The position numbers were made by a program, and so were the translations under genes. From an uncultured Myxococcales bacterium (GTDB taxonomy: Bacteria; Myxococcota_A; Bradymonadia; UBA7976; UBA1532): DNA of 64,000 nucleotides. The stretch lies in NCBI GenBank assembly GCA_903847385.1, contig CAINDO010000224.1:3941-67940 (forward strand). The letters run 5' to 3'. Positions 45,519 to 54,426 of the stretch are shown here, in pieces (position 1 is the first letter of the stretch; every line of letters begins with the position of its first letter). Below the pieces are notes generated by a model that was given only the letters and a program-made list of their open reading frames with translations, did not search any database and was not told where the DNA came from.

Positions 45519-48322
45519 TGCTCGCCTCCGTTGTCGAAGTCGGGCGGCGGGGGCAGGTCGACGGGCTCGATGTTGCCCGCCGGGGCGTCGCCGCCGTCGT
45601 GCATCGGCTCGGCGTGGCCGCCGGTCTCCCCGGAACCGCCGGGCACCGCGATGGGACCGTCGGAGAGGGGTACGCCGTCCACGTCCTGGGGCAGCGGAGG
45701 CCCCTGGGTCTGCTTCTTGACCTCGTCGAGGAGCGCCTGCTCCTCCTGAGCGGCCCGCACGGCCTTGTGGATCGACTCGAGCGCGCCGTGCTTCTTGGCG
45801 TAGTCGACGCCGACGATGAACGTGTCGCCCTCTTTGTGGAAGCGGGCCACGAACTCGCGGTGCTCCTCCATCTTGCGCTTGAAGATGGCGCGGAAGTCGT
45901 CCTGGCTCTCGATGACGTGCGGCGTGAGCATCAGGATCAGGTTGCGGCGCTCGCCGCGCGTCGCGGTGTCGCGGAAGAAGTAGCCGATGATCGGGATCTC
46001 ACCGAGGAAGGGGACCTTGTTCACCGACTGCGTCTGGACGTTCTTCTGCAAGCCGCCGAGGACGATGGTCTGCTGGTCCTTGACCACGACGGTGGTCTTC
46101 ACGCTGCGCTTGGAGGTCGTGGGACCGAGCGTCTGGTCGGTGCTCTCGATCTCCTCGACGACCTGGTCGACCTCGAGGGTCACGAAGTTCGCGTTGTTGA
46201 TGCGCGGGGTGATCTTCAGGGTCAGGGCGACGTCCTGGCGCTGAATCTGCACGCCGCCGCTCAGCAGGCCGCTCAGGCCGGCGAGGTTGTTGGCGTTGCT
46301 GCCGTTGGCGGACGAGGCCGCCGCCAGGGCGCCCAGGTTGCCGAGGCCGCCGAGGCCGCCCGACTGGGTGATGAACGGTACGTTGGAGCCGACGACGATC
46401 TCGGCCTCTTCGTTGTCCGTGGTCAGGATGTTCGGCGTGCTCAGGATGTTGGCGTCCGAGCTGGCCGCGAGGGCCTGCATGATCGCGCCGAACGAGGGGA
46501 TCTGAACGTTCGTACCCGGAATGGGCACCGTGCTGTCGGACACACCGCCGACGGCGAGGCCCTGGAGGGTCGTGGCGTCCGTCAGGTTCAGGGAGTTGAG
46601 GCCCTTGGCGGTCGGCTGGCTCTTGCCGATCATCGTCACGTTCTCGCCGGCCACGGAGCCGCGGTAGAGCGGGGCGTGGAAGGCCATGCCGAACTGACGG
46701 TTGTTGGTCAGGCTGACCTCCATCACGACGGCCTCGAGGAAGACCTGGCGACGGGGGCGGTCGAGCTGATCGATGACCTTCTTGAGGGACAGGAAGTCCT
46801 TGAAGTTCGAAGTGATGACGAGGGAGTTGGTGCTCTCGTCCGCCGTGACCTTGACCTCGCCCTCGAAGAGGGCCGCGCCGGCCGCGCCACCGGCCGCACC
46901 GCCGGCCGCCGAGCCCGCCGCGCTGGTGCCACCGACGGCGGGTTTGCTCTTCCCGGCGCGCGCGCCCTGGCGGGCCTTGGCGTCGTTGCTCAGGCTGCTG
47001 AGGACGTTGGCGAGGTCCTCGGCCTTGGCGTGGTTGAGCTGGTGGATGTGCACCTGGCCGTCGCCTTCGATCGACACGTCGAGCTTGGCGATCAGGTCCT
47101 TGATCTGCTTGTAGCTGCGCGCCGTGGCGACGATCAGCAGCCGGTTGGTCCGCTCGTCGGCGATGACCTTGCCGACCCGGACGTCCTGGTCGGAGTCACC
47201 GACGCTGGCGGTCGCGGCGGCCCCGCCGGCGGCGGTCGAGGCCTTCTTGCCCGCGCCACCGGTCGCAGCCGCGGCGGGCCGGCGCTTGGCGGCGCCCTCT
47301 TTCTGGTCGAAGATCTCCAGGATCTTCGACGAGATGTCACCGGCCTCGGCGTGCACGACCTGGTAGACCCAGAGCTGCTCCTGGCCACCGGGGACGTCGA
47401 GCTCCTTCAACAAATCCAGGAGCTTGCGCAGATTCGAGGCGACCTCGGTCACGATCAGCGAGTTGTTCGGCTGGTAGACGATGAAGGTCGCGTTCGGCGT
47501 CGCGAGCTTGCTCAGGACGTCGTTCATGTCCTGGGCGTCGACGTTCTTGAGGGGCACGATCTGGGTGACCATGCGGTCCTCGTTGGGGGGCGTGGACCCC
47601 TGGGGACGCAGCGGATCCGGACCGTGGGCGTAGTCCTTGATGTCGATGATCTTGAGGAACTTGCCGCTCTCGCTCAGCGTCTTGCCGTTGGCCTCGAGCG
47701 CGGACAGGAAGGCCCGGTAGGCCTCGTTCGCCGTGACGGGGGTGGGGGAGTAGATGGTGATCTTCCCGGCCACGTCCTTGCTGATGATGATGTTCTTGCC
47801 CGTCATGCAGGCGATCATCTTCACGACGCTGCTGAGCTCCTCCTGGTAGATGTCCAGGTGGAACTTCACGTTCGGCTTGAGCTTCTGGCAGTTGTTGATG
47901 AAGTCCTTGCTCAGCGTCGGGGGGCCCCCGGGGGCGCCCTCGGCCTGCTGCCACTGGGCCACGTTGCCGGTGCCGCCGGCGTTGCCGGTCGTGCCCCCCG
48001 GCGCGGCGCCCGCAGGCTCACCGGACCGCGGGATCCCCGGCGGCGGCAGGCGACGGGCGCTCGGCGCATCCTCCGCATCCCCGGGGGCGGCGGACTTCTG
48101 CCCGATCTTGCTGTTGGGCTTGCCGGGCACGCTCCCGGCCTTGAGGCGCGGGATGTCCGGCCGACCCACGCCGGCGGCGAAGGGGGCGGGTTTGACCGTC
48201 GGCGCCCCGGTCTGGGCGTGCGCCGATTGCGTGGTCAGGGCACCGGCCACAAACAGCACGGCGAGGGCGGTCATCGCGGAGAAACGAAGGAGTTTCATGG
48301 CTCTCGGCTGCACGTCGGTCAC
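45515..48322 (-). CDS. gspD: Type II secretion outer-membrane secretin GspD (935 aa)
   Basis: Signal peptide, N0-N3 domains and a secretin C-domain (VPFLGEIPIIGYFF). A Gly/Ala-rich insertion is present. ATGA overlap with gspC. Confidence 0.9.
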   Translation of the reverse strand: MTDVQPRAMKLLRFSAMTALAVLFVAGALTTQSAHAQTGAPTVKPAPFAAGVGRPDIPRLKAGSVPGKPNSKIGQKSAAPGDAEDAPSARRLPPPGIPRSGEPAGAAPGGTTGNAGGTGNVAQWQQAEGAPGGPPTLSKDFINNCQKLKPNVKFHLDIYQEELSSVVKMIACMTGKNIIISKDVAGKITIYSPTPVTANEAYRAFLSALEANGKTLSESGKFLKIIDIKDYAHGPDPLRPQGSTPPNEDRMVTQIVPLKNVDAQDMNDVLSKLATPNATFIVYQPNNSLIVTEVASNLRKLLDLLKELDVPGGQEQLWVYQVVHAEAGDISSKILEIFDQKEGAAKRRPAAAATGGAGKKASTAAGGAAATASVGDSDQDVRVGKVIADERTNRLLIVATARSYKQIKDLIAKLDVSIEGDGQVHIHQLNHAKAEDLANVLSSLSNDAKARQGARAGKSKPAVGGTSAAGSAAGGAAGGAAGAALFEGEVKVTADESTNSLVITSNFKDFLSLKKVIDQLDRPRRQVFLEAVVMEVSLTNNRQFGMAFHAPLYRGSVAGENVTMIGKSQPTAKGLNSLNLTDATTLQGLAVGGVSDSTVPIPGTNVQIPSFGAIMQALAASSDANILSTPNILTTDNEEAEIVVGSNVPFITQSGGLGGLGNLGALAAASSANGSNANNLAGLSGLLSGGVQIQRQDVALTLKITPRINNANFVTLEVDQVVEEIESTDQTLGPTTSKRSVKTTVVVKDQQTIVLGGLQKNVQTQSVNKVPFLGEIPIIGYFFRDTATRGERRNLILMLTPHVIESQDDFRAIFKRKMEEHREFVARFHKEGDTFIVGVDYAKKHGALESIHKAVRAAQEEQALLDEVKKQTQGPPLPQDVDGVPLSDGPIAVPGGSGETGGHAEPMHDGGDAPAGNIEPVDLPPPPDFDNGGEQ

Positions 48323-49290
48323 TGGATCTTGTAATCGAGCGAGATCGGGCGCCCACGGCGCTCGATCTCGAGGGTCACGTTGGAGGAGTTCTTCAGCTTC
48401 TCGTACATCTCCAGGGCCTTGTTGGGGCTGGAGATCTCGTCGCCGTTGACGGCCTTGAGGACGTCGCCGGAGCGGATGCCGATGTGGCTGTAGAGGCTGC
48501 CGGGGCGAACTCCCACGAGCTTGAAGCCCTGGGGTTTGCCGTCACGATAGTGGGGGATGACGCGGGCCTGGCGGGCCAACGCTTCGAGATCGTTGAGCTT
48601 CTCGTTCAACATCTCGCGATCGATCTGGTAGCTGTTCTCGGCGAGTTTGGTGATGCCGTTCTTGGCGTCGTCCTTGCCGCCGCTGCTCGCCGTGCTGGGC
48701 TCGGAGGCCACGGGCGTCGAGAAGGTCGAGGAGCTCGCCGTCCCCGTGCCTTTCTGACCCTGCGTGCCGAGCTCCACGCACTCGTACTGACCACCGCGGG
48801 CGACGACGAGCCGCTGCCGGTAGATCGCCGACACCGTGTAGTCGCCCAGCATCTGCCCCTCTTTGACGAGGCGGCTGTCCGGGCTGCCGTCGTTCACCAC
48901 GGCCGTGGACCACTCGCGCGGCTCGGCGACCATCGTCGCCAGCAGGCCGAGGGGGCCGTCGCTCTTGCGGCAGTTGGGGTCCTTCTCGTCCGGCACGTGG
49001 TCGGGGAGCGTCGGCTCCGCGGGGCCGGCGTCCGAGGTCTCGGGGGCCACGGGCTCGGAGTTGAACAGGTTCCGCTCGGAGATGGTGGTGGCCCACTCCT
49101 GCGTGTTGGCGACCGGCGCTTCGCGGCGCGCGGCGGCCTTGTCGACGTCGACGTCCGTCTTCGGGTGCGTCGGCAGCGCGGCGATCACGCCGGCGAGCAG
49201 GTTGTTCACCACGCGCGCGGACAGGTAGGCGATCGTCGCCAGAACGACGAGGTTCACCGCCCAGAAGTACCGTTTGATCAGATTCTCCAT
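48319..49290 (-). CDS. gspC: Type II secretion protein GspC (TM anchor plus C-terminal PDZ domain)
   Basis: ATG at 49290 is residue M37 of the tracker ORF and lies 6 nt after GGGAG. TM helix YFWAVNLVVLATIAYLSARVV. The C-terminal PDZ domain reads KLVGVRPGSLYSHIGIRSGDVLKAVNGDEI. Confidence 0.75.
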   Translation of the reverse strand: MENLIKRYFWAVNLVVLATIAYLSARVVNNLLAGVIAALPTHPKTDVDVDKAAARREAPVANTQEWATTISERNLFNSEPVAPETSDAGPAEPTLPDHVPDEKDPNCRKSDGPLGLLATMVAEPREWSTAVVNDGSPDSRLVKEGQMLGDYTVSAIYRQRLVVARGGQYECVELGTQGQKGTGTASSSTFSTPVASEPSTASSGGKDDAKNGITKLAENSYQIDREMLNEKLNDLEALARQARVIPHYRDGKPQGFKLVGVRPGSLYSHIGIRSGDVLKAVNGDEISSPNKALEMYEKLKNSSNVTLEIERRGRPISLDYKIQ

Positions 49291-49311
49291 GCACGCTCCC
49301 GAATCGGCGCA

Positions 49312-49328
49312 TATCAAAGACCGTGCCA
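49312..49328 (-). promoter_or_regulatory. Candidate sigma-54 (-24/-12) promoter for the gsp operon
   Basis: The minus strand reads TGGCACGGTCTTTGATA. This matches TGGCACG-N4-TTGC except that A replaces C in the -12 GC. It lies about 25 nt upstream of the gspC ATG and just downstream of a sigma-54 activator gene. Confidence 0.3.
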
Positions 49329-49413
49329 CGCGCTCCGCAGCCGTGGATCGAACGCCGTCCGCACGGGATGACTCAATCCCCGTGCGGCGGGCGCCCATTC
49401 CGGCCGGGGCCCC

Positions 49414-49471
49414 CTTGCCAATTTGTCAGCCGCGCCGGTGGGGGCCGGAGGGCCAATGTCAAATTGGCAAG
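49414..49471. promoter_or_regulatory. 15-bp inverted repeat (CTTGCCAATTTGTCA ... TGTCAAATTGGCAAG; one mismatch, 28-bp spacer), candidate enhancer/UAS or regulator binding site
   Basis: Arms at 49414-49428 and 49457-49471 lie in the 225-bp gap between the NtrC-type regulator gene and gspC. Each arm also contains a TTGACA-like hexamer. Confidence 0.35.
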
Positions 49472-49515
49472 TCGAGGTCACGACCTGCGGGCGGGTGGGG
49501 GTCGTCGTCGGCCGT

Positions 49516-50937
49516 TCAGTCGTCCTTCTCGTCCAGTTTCCGATAGATGGTGCGGGTCGCGATGCCGAGCAACTGCGCCGCGCGTCGTTTGTCGCCGCCC
49601 GTATACCGGAGCGTCTCGCGAATGACACGCCGTTCGATCTCCTCGAGCGGCGTCCCGAGCGCGAAGGTCAGGCCCTCCTGCGACGGCGCGGAGCCGGTCA
49701 TGGTCTCGGGCAGGTCGTCCTCGTCGATGACGTCCGCCCGCGCGAGCACGACGGCGCGCTCCATGGTGTTGACCAGTTCGCGCACGTTGCCCGGCCAGGA
49801 GTAGTCGACGAGGCGGTCCATGGCGCGGCGGGAGATGCCGTCCATCGCCTTGCCGTTCTTCTCGGCGAACTCGCGCAGGAAGTGGTCGGCCAGCAGGGGG
49901 ATGTCCTCCTTGCGGGCGCGCAGCGGCGGCAGCGTGATGGGGATGACGTTCAGGCGGTAGTAGAGGTCCTCGCGGAACTCGCCGAGCTTCACCTGCTGCG
50001 CGAGGTCGAGGTTCGTCGCGGCCACGATCCGGCAGTCGACGCGGATGGTCTGCGCCCCGCCGACGCGCTCGAACTCGCCGGACTGGAGCACACGCAGGAG
50101 CTTGACCTGGACGTGGGGCGAGAGCTCGCCGATCTCGTCCAGGAAGAGCGTGCCCCGGTGGGCGCGGGAGAAGCGGCCCTCGCGGGTGGAGGTCGCCCCG
50201 GTGAAGGCCCCGCGCTCGGCGCCAAACAGCTCGGCCTCGATGATGGACTCGGGGAGCGCGCCGCAGTTCACGGCGACGAAGGGCCCGTCCGCGCGACTGG
50301 ACATGCGGTGGATCGCCTGCGCGAACAGCTCCTTGCCCGTGCCGCTCTCGCCCATGAGCAGGACGGTCGCCTGGGACGGCGCGGCCTGCCGGGCCGTCTC
50401 CATGACCTTGCGCAGGGCCGGCGCGTTGCCGACGATGCCGGAGTTCGTCCGCGCGCCCTGGGCGTTGGCGAGCTGCGCACGAAGCGCGCGGTTCTCCGCG
50501 AGCAGCGCCTGCTTCTCGAGCACCCGCGTGACCACCCGCTCGATCTGCGCCCGCCGGAAGGGTTTGGTGATGAAGTCGTAGGCGCCCTCGCGGACGGCCT
50601 CGACGGCCCGCTCGATGGTGCCGTAGGCCGTCATGATGACGACCTCGGCCTCGGCGGTGAGCGCCCGTGTGTGCTTGAGCAGTTCGACGCCGCTCATGCC
50701 CGGCATCATCAGATCGGTCAGCACGACGTTGACGGCGGACTGCCGCAGCAGGTCGAGCGCCTCGCTCCCGTTGGTGGCCGGCAGCACGCGCAACCCGAGC
50801 TTCTCGAAGATCTTCACGAGGCTGGCGAGGTTGGCCGTGTCGTCGTCGACGACGAGGATGGTCGCCCGGGGCGCGCCCCCCGAGGGCGAGGGCGCGGTCG
50901 GGCTCCGCTGTTCGGCCGGCGCGTCGGGGGCGGTCAT
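49516..50937 (-). CDS. Sigma-54-dependent response regulator (NtrC family: receiver, AAA+ sigma-54 activator, Fis-like HTH)
   Basis: Receiver domain with ILVVDDD and the phospho-acceptor Asp in VVLTDLMMPGMSG. Sigma-54 interaction domain with GESGTGKE and the ESELFG-like GAFTGA motif (ERGAFTGA). C-terminal HTH (AAQLLGIATRTIYRKL). Confidence 0.85.
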   Translation of the reverse strand: MTAPDAPAEQRSPTAPSPSGGAPRATILVVDDDTANLASLVKIFEKLGLRVLPATNGSEALDLLRQSAVNVVLTDLMMPGMSGVELLKHTRALTAEAEVVIMTAYGTIERAVEAVREGAYDFITKPFRRAQIERVVTRVLEKQALLAENRALRAQLANAQGARTNSGIVGNAPALRKVMETARQAAPSQATVLLMGESGTGKELFAQAIHRMSSRADGPFVAVNCGALPESIIEAELFGAERGAFTGATSTREGRFSRAHRGTLFLDEIGELSPHVQVKLLRVLQSGEFERVGGAQTIRVDCRIVAATNLDLAQQVKLGEFREDLYYRLNVIPITLPPLRARKEDIPLLADHFLREFAEKNGKAMDGISRRAMDRLVDYSWPGNVRELVNTMERAVVLARADVIDEDDLPETMTGSAPSQEGLTFALGTPLEEIERRVIRETLRYTGGDKRRAAQLLGIATRTIYRKLDEKDD

Positions 50938-51053
50938 GGCCGGGCACTCTGGGCCGGTCGGGGTCGCAGGTCAACCCCGGGCGAGGGGACGAATCGCACT
51001 TTTCTCTTTGGTCTCTGGGCTTTGGCAGGCGGGGTGGTTTACATTCCCGCGCC

Positions 51054-54000
51054 GTGGAGCGGCTCCTCTCCTACATCGATGAACACCTCTCGGAGCTGAC
51101 CGGCGACCTCCTGCCCTCGCTGCTGGATGTCGACGCCGTCTACCGTGAGGTCCAGGGCACCCTGCTCGCCGCAGGGGTGCATCAGGCGCTCTGGCACTTC
51201 ACCCAGTACGCCCGCACCCGCGACACGCAGCAGCTCGACGCCGTCTGGCGCGCGATGCAGTCGCTGTGGCCGCCGGAGCGGTTCTACTTCTCGTCCGTGG
51301 TGCGGGTCGTCTTCGGTTTCGAGGATCTCCTCGCGGTGCGCACCGTCCGGCAGTTCACCGATCCCGAGCTGTTCCTGGATGAGCTGCGGCTCATGCGGGT
51401 CGTGGCCCGCGAGGCCCTGTGCGCGCTGTCCGACCGCATCGAGGGCCGCTACGGGCAGGCGCCCGGGTTCTCCGACCACCGGCCGGACACGACGACGCAG
51501 CCGATCCAGCCCGCCGTCCGCGCTCTCCCGACACGCGCGGGGCAGGCCCTCGAGCTCGCCCCCCTCGGACAGGACTTCTCGCCCGTGGCGGCCGAGGTCG
51601 AGGCCCGCATGCCCGTGAGCCGGCCCACCCTGAGCCTCACGGGGGGCGAGGCCGTGGTGCGCCTGGGGCACGACCACTTCGTCTGTCGACAGGCCGAGCT
51701 GGCGCGCCTCTGGGAGCGCCTCGCGGCCGTAGGCTCGCCCGGCGCGGCCCACCACGAGGTCGTCGGCATCAAGGCGCCGGACGGCTATGGCAAGACGCGC
51801 CTCGTCCAACGTTTCGAAGAGGTCATCCGCACGGAGCTCGGGCTCTCGCCGCTGGTCCTGCGGGGCCGGGCGCCGCGCCTGTTCTCGCTGCCGCTGTGGC
51901 CCATCGCACAGCTCTTGCGCACGTACTTCGAGGCCCCGCTCGGCTCCACCGACATCGCCACCAAGGTCCGCGACGGCCTCGCGCAGCTCGTCGAGTACCT
52001 GCCGGACGAGGCCACCCGCCACGCATTGCTCGAGTCGCGGGTGATGCTGCTCGACCTGCTCGGGGACGCCGAGGGGCTCGATCGGGTGGCCCGCATGGAC
52101 AGCCGCGCCGCCGGGCTTCGCCTCAAGCGCGCGATGGTCTGCCTGATCGAGGCCATCGCCGCCCGCGCGACGGTCGAAACGAACGCCCCGCTCCTCATCG
52201 TCATCGAGGACGCCGGCGACATGGACGGCCCCTCCTGGGAGCTCATCCACCACCTGCTGGCGCACGTGCGGCCCCGCGCCCGCATGATGATGATCGTCAC
52301 CTACCACGGGCGCTCGTTCGTCCCGGCGGAGCTGGGCAAATACCCCGGGTTCGGCGAGATCATCCTCGACGCCTTCGACATGGCCGAGGGCGAGGCGCAG
52401 ATCGACGCGCTGCTCGAGGCCAACGCCCTGGGCGAGACCCTGCGCTTCCGGCTCATCAGCGCCGCCAAGGGCTCGCCCTTGCTCCTGGCACAGGGGCTGC
52501 GGCAGCTCGTCGCCGAGGGGCTCGTCGGCCTGCGTTCGGACCACTGGGTCGAGCTCGTCGCCCAGCCCGGTGAGGAGACCATCCGCGACCTGGGGGCCAT
52601 CGTCGCGCAGCGCCTCGAGCAGGCCAGCGCCACGGCCCGGGAGACGGCCGAGGTCATCGCCGTCATCGAGGACGCCACGGGCGGCAACATCCTCGAGGAG
52701 GTCGCCGCACGCCGGGCGATCTCCAACGACGAGCTCGCCAGCGCGCTGCGACAGCTCGCCGATCTGGGCCTGATCGAGGTCGCCGGCGGGTTCGGCGACC
52801 TGCACGCCCGCACGCGGCACACGCTCATCCACGACGAGATCTATCGTCAGATGCCCGTCGAGCGCCGGCGCAAGATCCATGAGGACGCCGGCGAGGTCTA
52901 CTCGCGGCTCCCCGGCGCGCAGTCGTTCCCCTCGCTCGCGGCCGACCACCTCGCGCAGGCCGGGCACCCGAGCCGGGCGCTGCACGGGCTGCTCGCCGGC
53001 GTCGATCGCTGTGTCCGCAGCCACAATCTGCTGGGCGCGACGGAGCTGTGCGGCCAGTCCCTGGATCTCCTCAAGGGGCTGCCCCGCGAGGACCAGGACC
53101 GTTTCCTGTTCCACGTACTGCTTCGGCGCGAGCGCGTGCTCTCGCTGATGGGGCACCGCGAGGCGCAGGCCGGGGACCTCCGCAAGCTGGAGCCGCTGGC
53201 GATCAAGGTCGCGACGGAGCACGAGCGGACCCACCTGGCGTTCCGGCGGGCACGGTTCGCGATCCAGAGCGGCGCGCACGACGACGTCGAGGCCCAGCTC
53301 CTGCCCCCGGGCACGCGTCCCGGGCCGCGCTCGCTGTTCTTCCTGGGTGTGAACGAGTGGCAGCAGGGCCACCGCGGCGAGTCCCGCGCGCTCCTCGAGG
53401 AGGCCGCCGGCGCGCGGCCTCCGGAGATGACCGACCGGCTGCTCGCCCGCATCCTGCACGCCCGGGCGACGCTGGACGCGCGCGAAGGTCGGATGACCGA
53501 GGCGCTCCACCACTTCTTCGAGGCCTGGCGGGCGACGCGCCGCGCCGGGGACGTCCTCGGCGAGGCCCTGACGACGCAGCAGCTGGGCAATCTGTACTGG
53601 ACCTGGGGGCGCCTGATGGACGCCGACCGCCTGCTTCGCCGGGCGGAGAAGCTCCTGGGCGAAGCCGGCGAGATCCGCGCCCGCTCCCGGTGTCTCGTGC
53701 AGCTCGGCAATCTCCACGCGTCGATGGGGGACTTCGACGAGGCGTTCCGGTGTTTCGGGGACGTCCTCCAGATCGGCGACCGGGACGGCTCGCGCCTCGA
53801 CCACGTGGCCGCCATCATCGGCCAGAGCCGCATCCTGGTGAGCCGCGGGAACTACGAGAACGCCACCTCCCTGGTGGGGCAGTGCCTGAAGGAGCTCTCG
53901 CGTCGGCCCGTGCGGCACCCGATCCAGGTGGACGCCCTGGTCACGATGGCGACGACCTTCGCGGTCGCAGCCCGCGGCAAACAGTTGGTGGTCGGCGCGC

Positions 54001-54410
54001 TGAACTACGCCAACGAGGCGGCCGACAAGGCCACCGAGATGACCTACCTGAAGGGCCTGGTGCAGGCGCTCGGCATCCAGGTGCGCGCGCTGCTCGCCTT
54101 GGGCCGCAACGCCGAGGCCGAGGCCAAACTCAGCGACCTGGACCAGGCCTTCGCCAGCGCCGTCGCGCGGGACGCCCGGCTCGAGCGACTCCGCGCCGAG
54201 GTCGAGCTGTACCGCCATGGCGTGCGCAAGGCCAAGGGTGACCTCGCCGGCGCCGAGCAGGCGCGTCAGGCCGCCTGGAACGAGCTGATGGCCCAGGTGC
54301 GCTGCCTCGAAGGCACGGGCCTGGAGCGCGGCTTCCTCGCCAACATCGTCCCGCATCGCGAGATCCTGCAGGCGATGGAGCGCGAAGAAGCGGGGCCCAC
54401 GTCGACCTGA
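51054..54410 (+). CDS. Large STAND-like P-loop NTPase with a C-terminal TPR/helical repeat region (1118 aa), probable regulator
   Basis: Walker A GIKAPDGYGKTRL and Walker B LLIVIEDAGDMD, followed by more than 600 aa of helical repeats. No HTH or kinase domain was recognised. The start is uncertain (GTG at 51054 per tracker). Confidence 0.65.
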   Translation: MERLLSYIDEHLSELTGDLLPSLLDVDAVYREVQGTLLAAGVHQALWHFTQYARTRDTQQLDAVWRAMQSLWPPERFYFSSVVRVVFGFEDLLAVRTVRQFTDPELFLDELRLMRVVAREALCALSDRIEGRYGQAPGFSDHRPDTTTQPIQPAVRALPTRAGQALELAPLGQDFSPVAAEVEARMPVSRPTLSLTGGEAVVRLGHDHFVCRQAELARLWERLAAVGSPGAAHHEVVGIKAPDGYGKTRLVQRFEEVIRTELGLSPLVLRGRAPRLFSLPLWPIAQLLRTYFEAPLGSTDIATKVRDGLAQLVEYLPDEATRHALLESRVMLLDLLGDAEGLDRVARMDSRAAGLRLKRAMVCLIEAIAARATVETNAPLLIVIEDAGDMDGPSWELIHHLLAHVRPRARMMMIVTYHGRSFVPAELGKYPGFGEIILDAFDMAEGEAQIDALLEANALGETLRFRLISAAKGSPLLLAQGLRQLVAEGLVGLRSDHWVELVAQPGEETIRDLGAIVAQRLEQASATARETAEVIAVIEDATGGNILEEVAARRAISNDELASALRQLADLGLIEVAGGFGDLHARTRHTLIHDEIYRQMPVERRRKIHEDAGEVYSRLPGAQSFPSLAADHLAQAGHPSRALHGLLAGVDRCVRSHNLLGATELCGQSLDLLKGLPREDQDRFLFHVLLRRERVLSLMGHREAQAGDLRKLEPLAIKVATEHERTHLAFRRARFAIQSGAHDDVEAQLLPPGTRPGPRSLFFLGVNEWQQGHRGESRALLEEAAGARPPEMTDRLLARILHARATLDAREGRMTEALHHFFEAWRATRRAGDVLGEALTTQQLGNLYWTWGRLMDADRLLRRAEKLLGEAGEIRARSRCLVQLGNLHASMGDFDEAFRCFGDVLQIGDRDGSRLDHVAAIIGQSRILVSRGNYENATSLVGQCLKELSRRPVRHPIQVDALVTMATTFAVAARGKQLVVGALNYANEAADKATEMTYLKGLVQALGIQVRALLALGRNAEAEAKLSDLDQAFASAVARDARLERLRAEVELYRHGVRKAKGDLAGAEQARQAAWNELMAQVRCLEGTGLERGFLANIVPHREILQAMEREEAGPTST

Positions 54411-54426
54411 GCGGTCGACCGGGCGC

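Noticed and set aside
45494-48334. 946-aa plus-strand ORF across the gspD region, and similar plus-strand ORFs over gspE (43731..45749) and gspK (38489..39622)
   Set aside because: They are antisense to clear secretin, ATPase and pseudopilin genes. No motifs are present, and their reading frames are kept open by GC3 bias.
49399-49515. Repeated TTGCCAATTTG / CAAATTGGCAA elements considered as a possible CRISPR or mobile-element terminal repeat
   Set aside because: There are only two copies, in inverted orientation, within an intergenic promoter region. There are no spacers, no cas genes and no transposase nearby. They are better explained as a regulator-binding palindrome.
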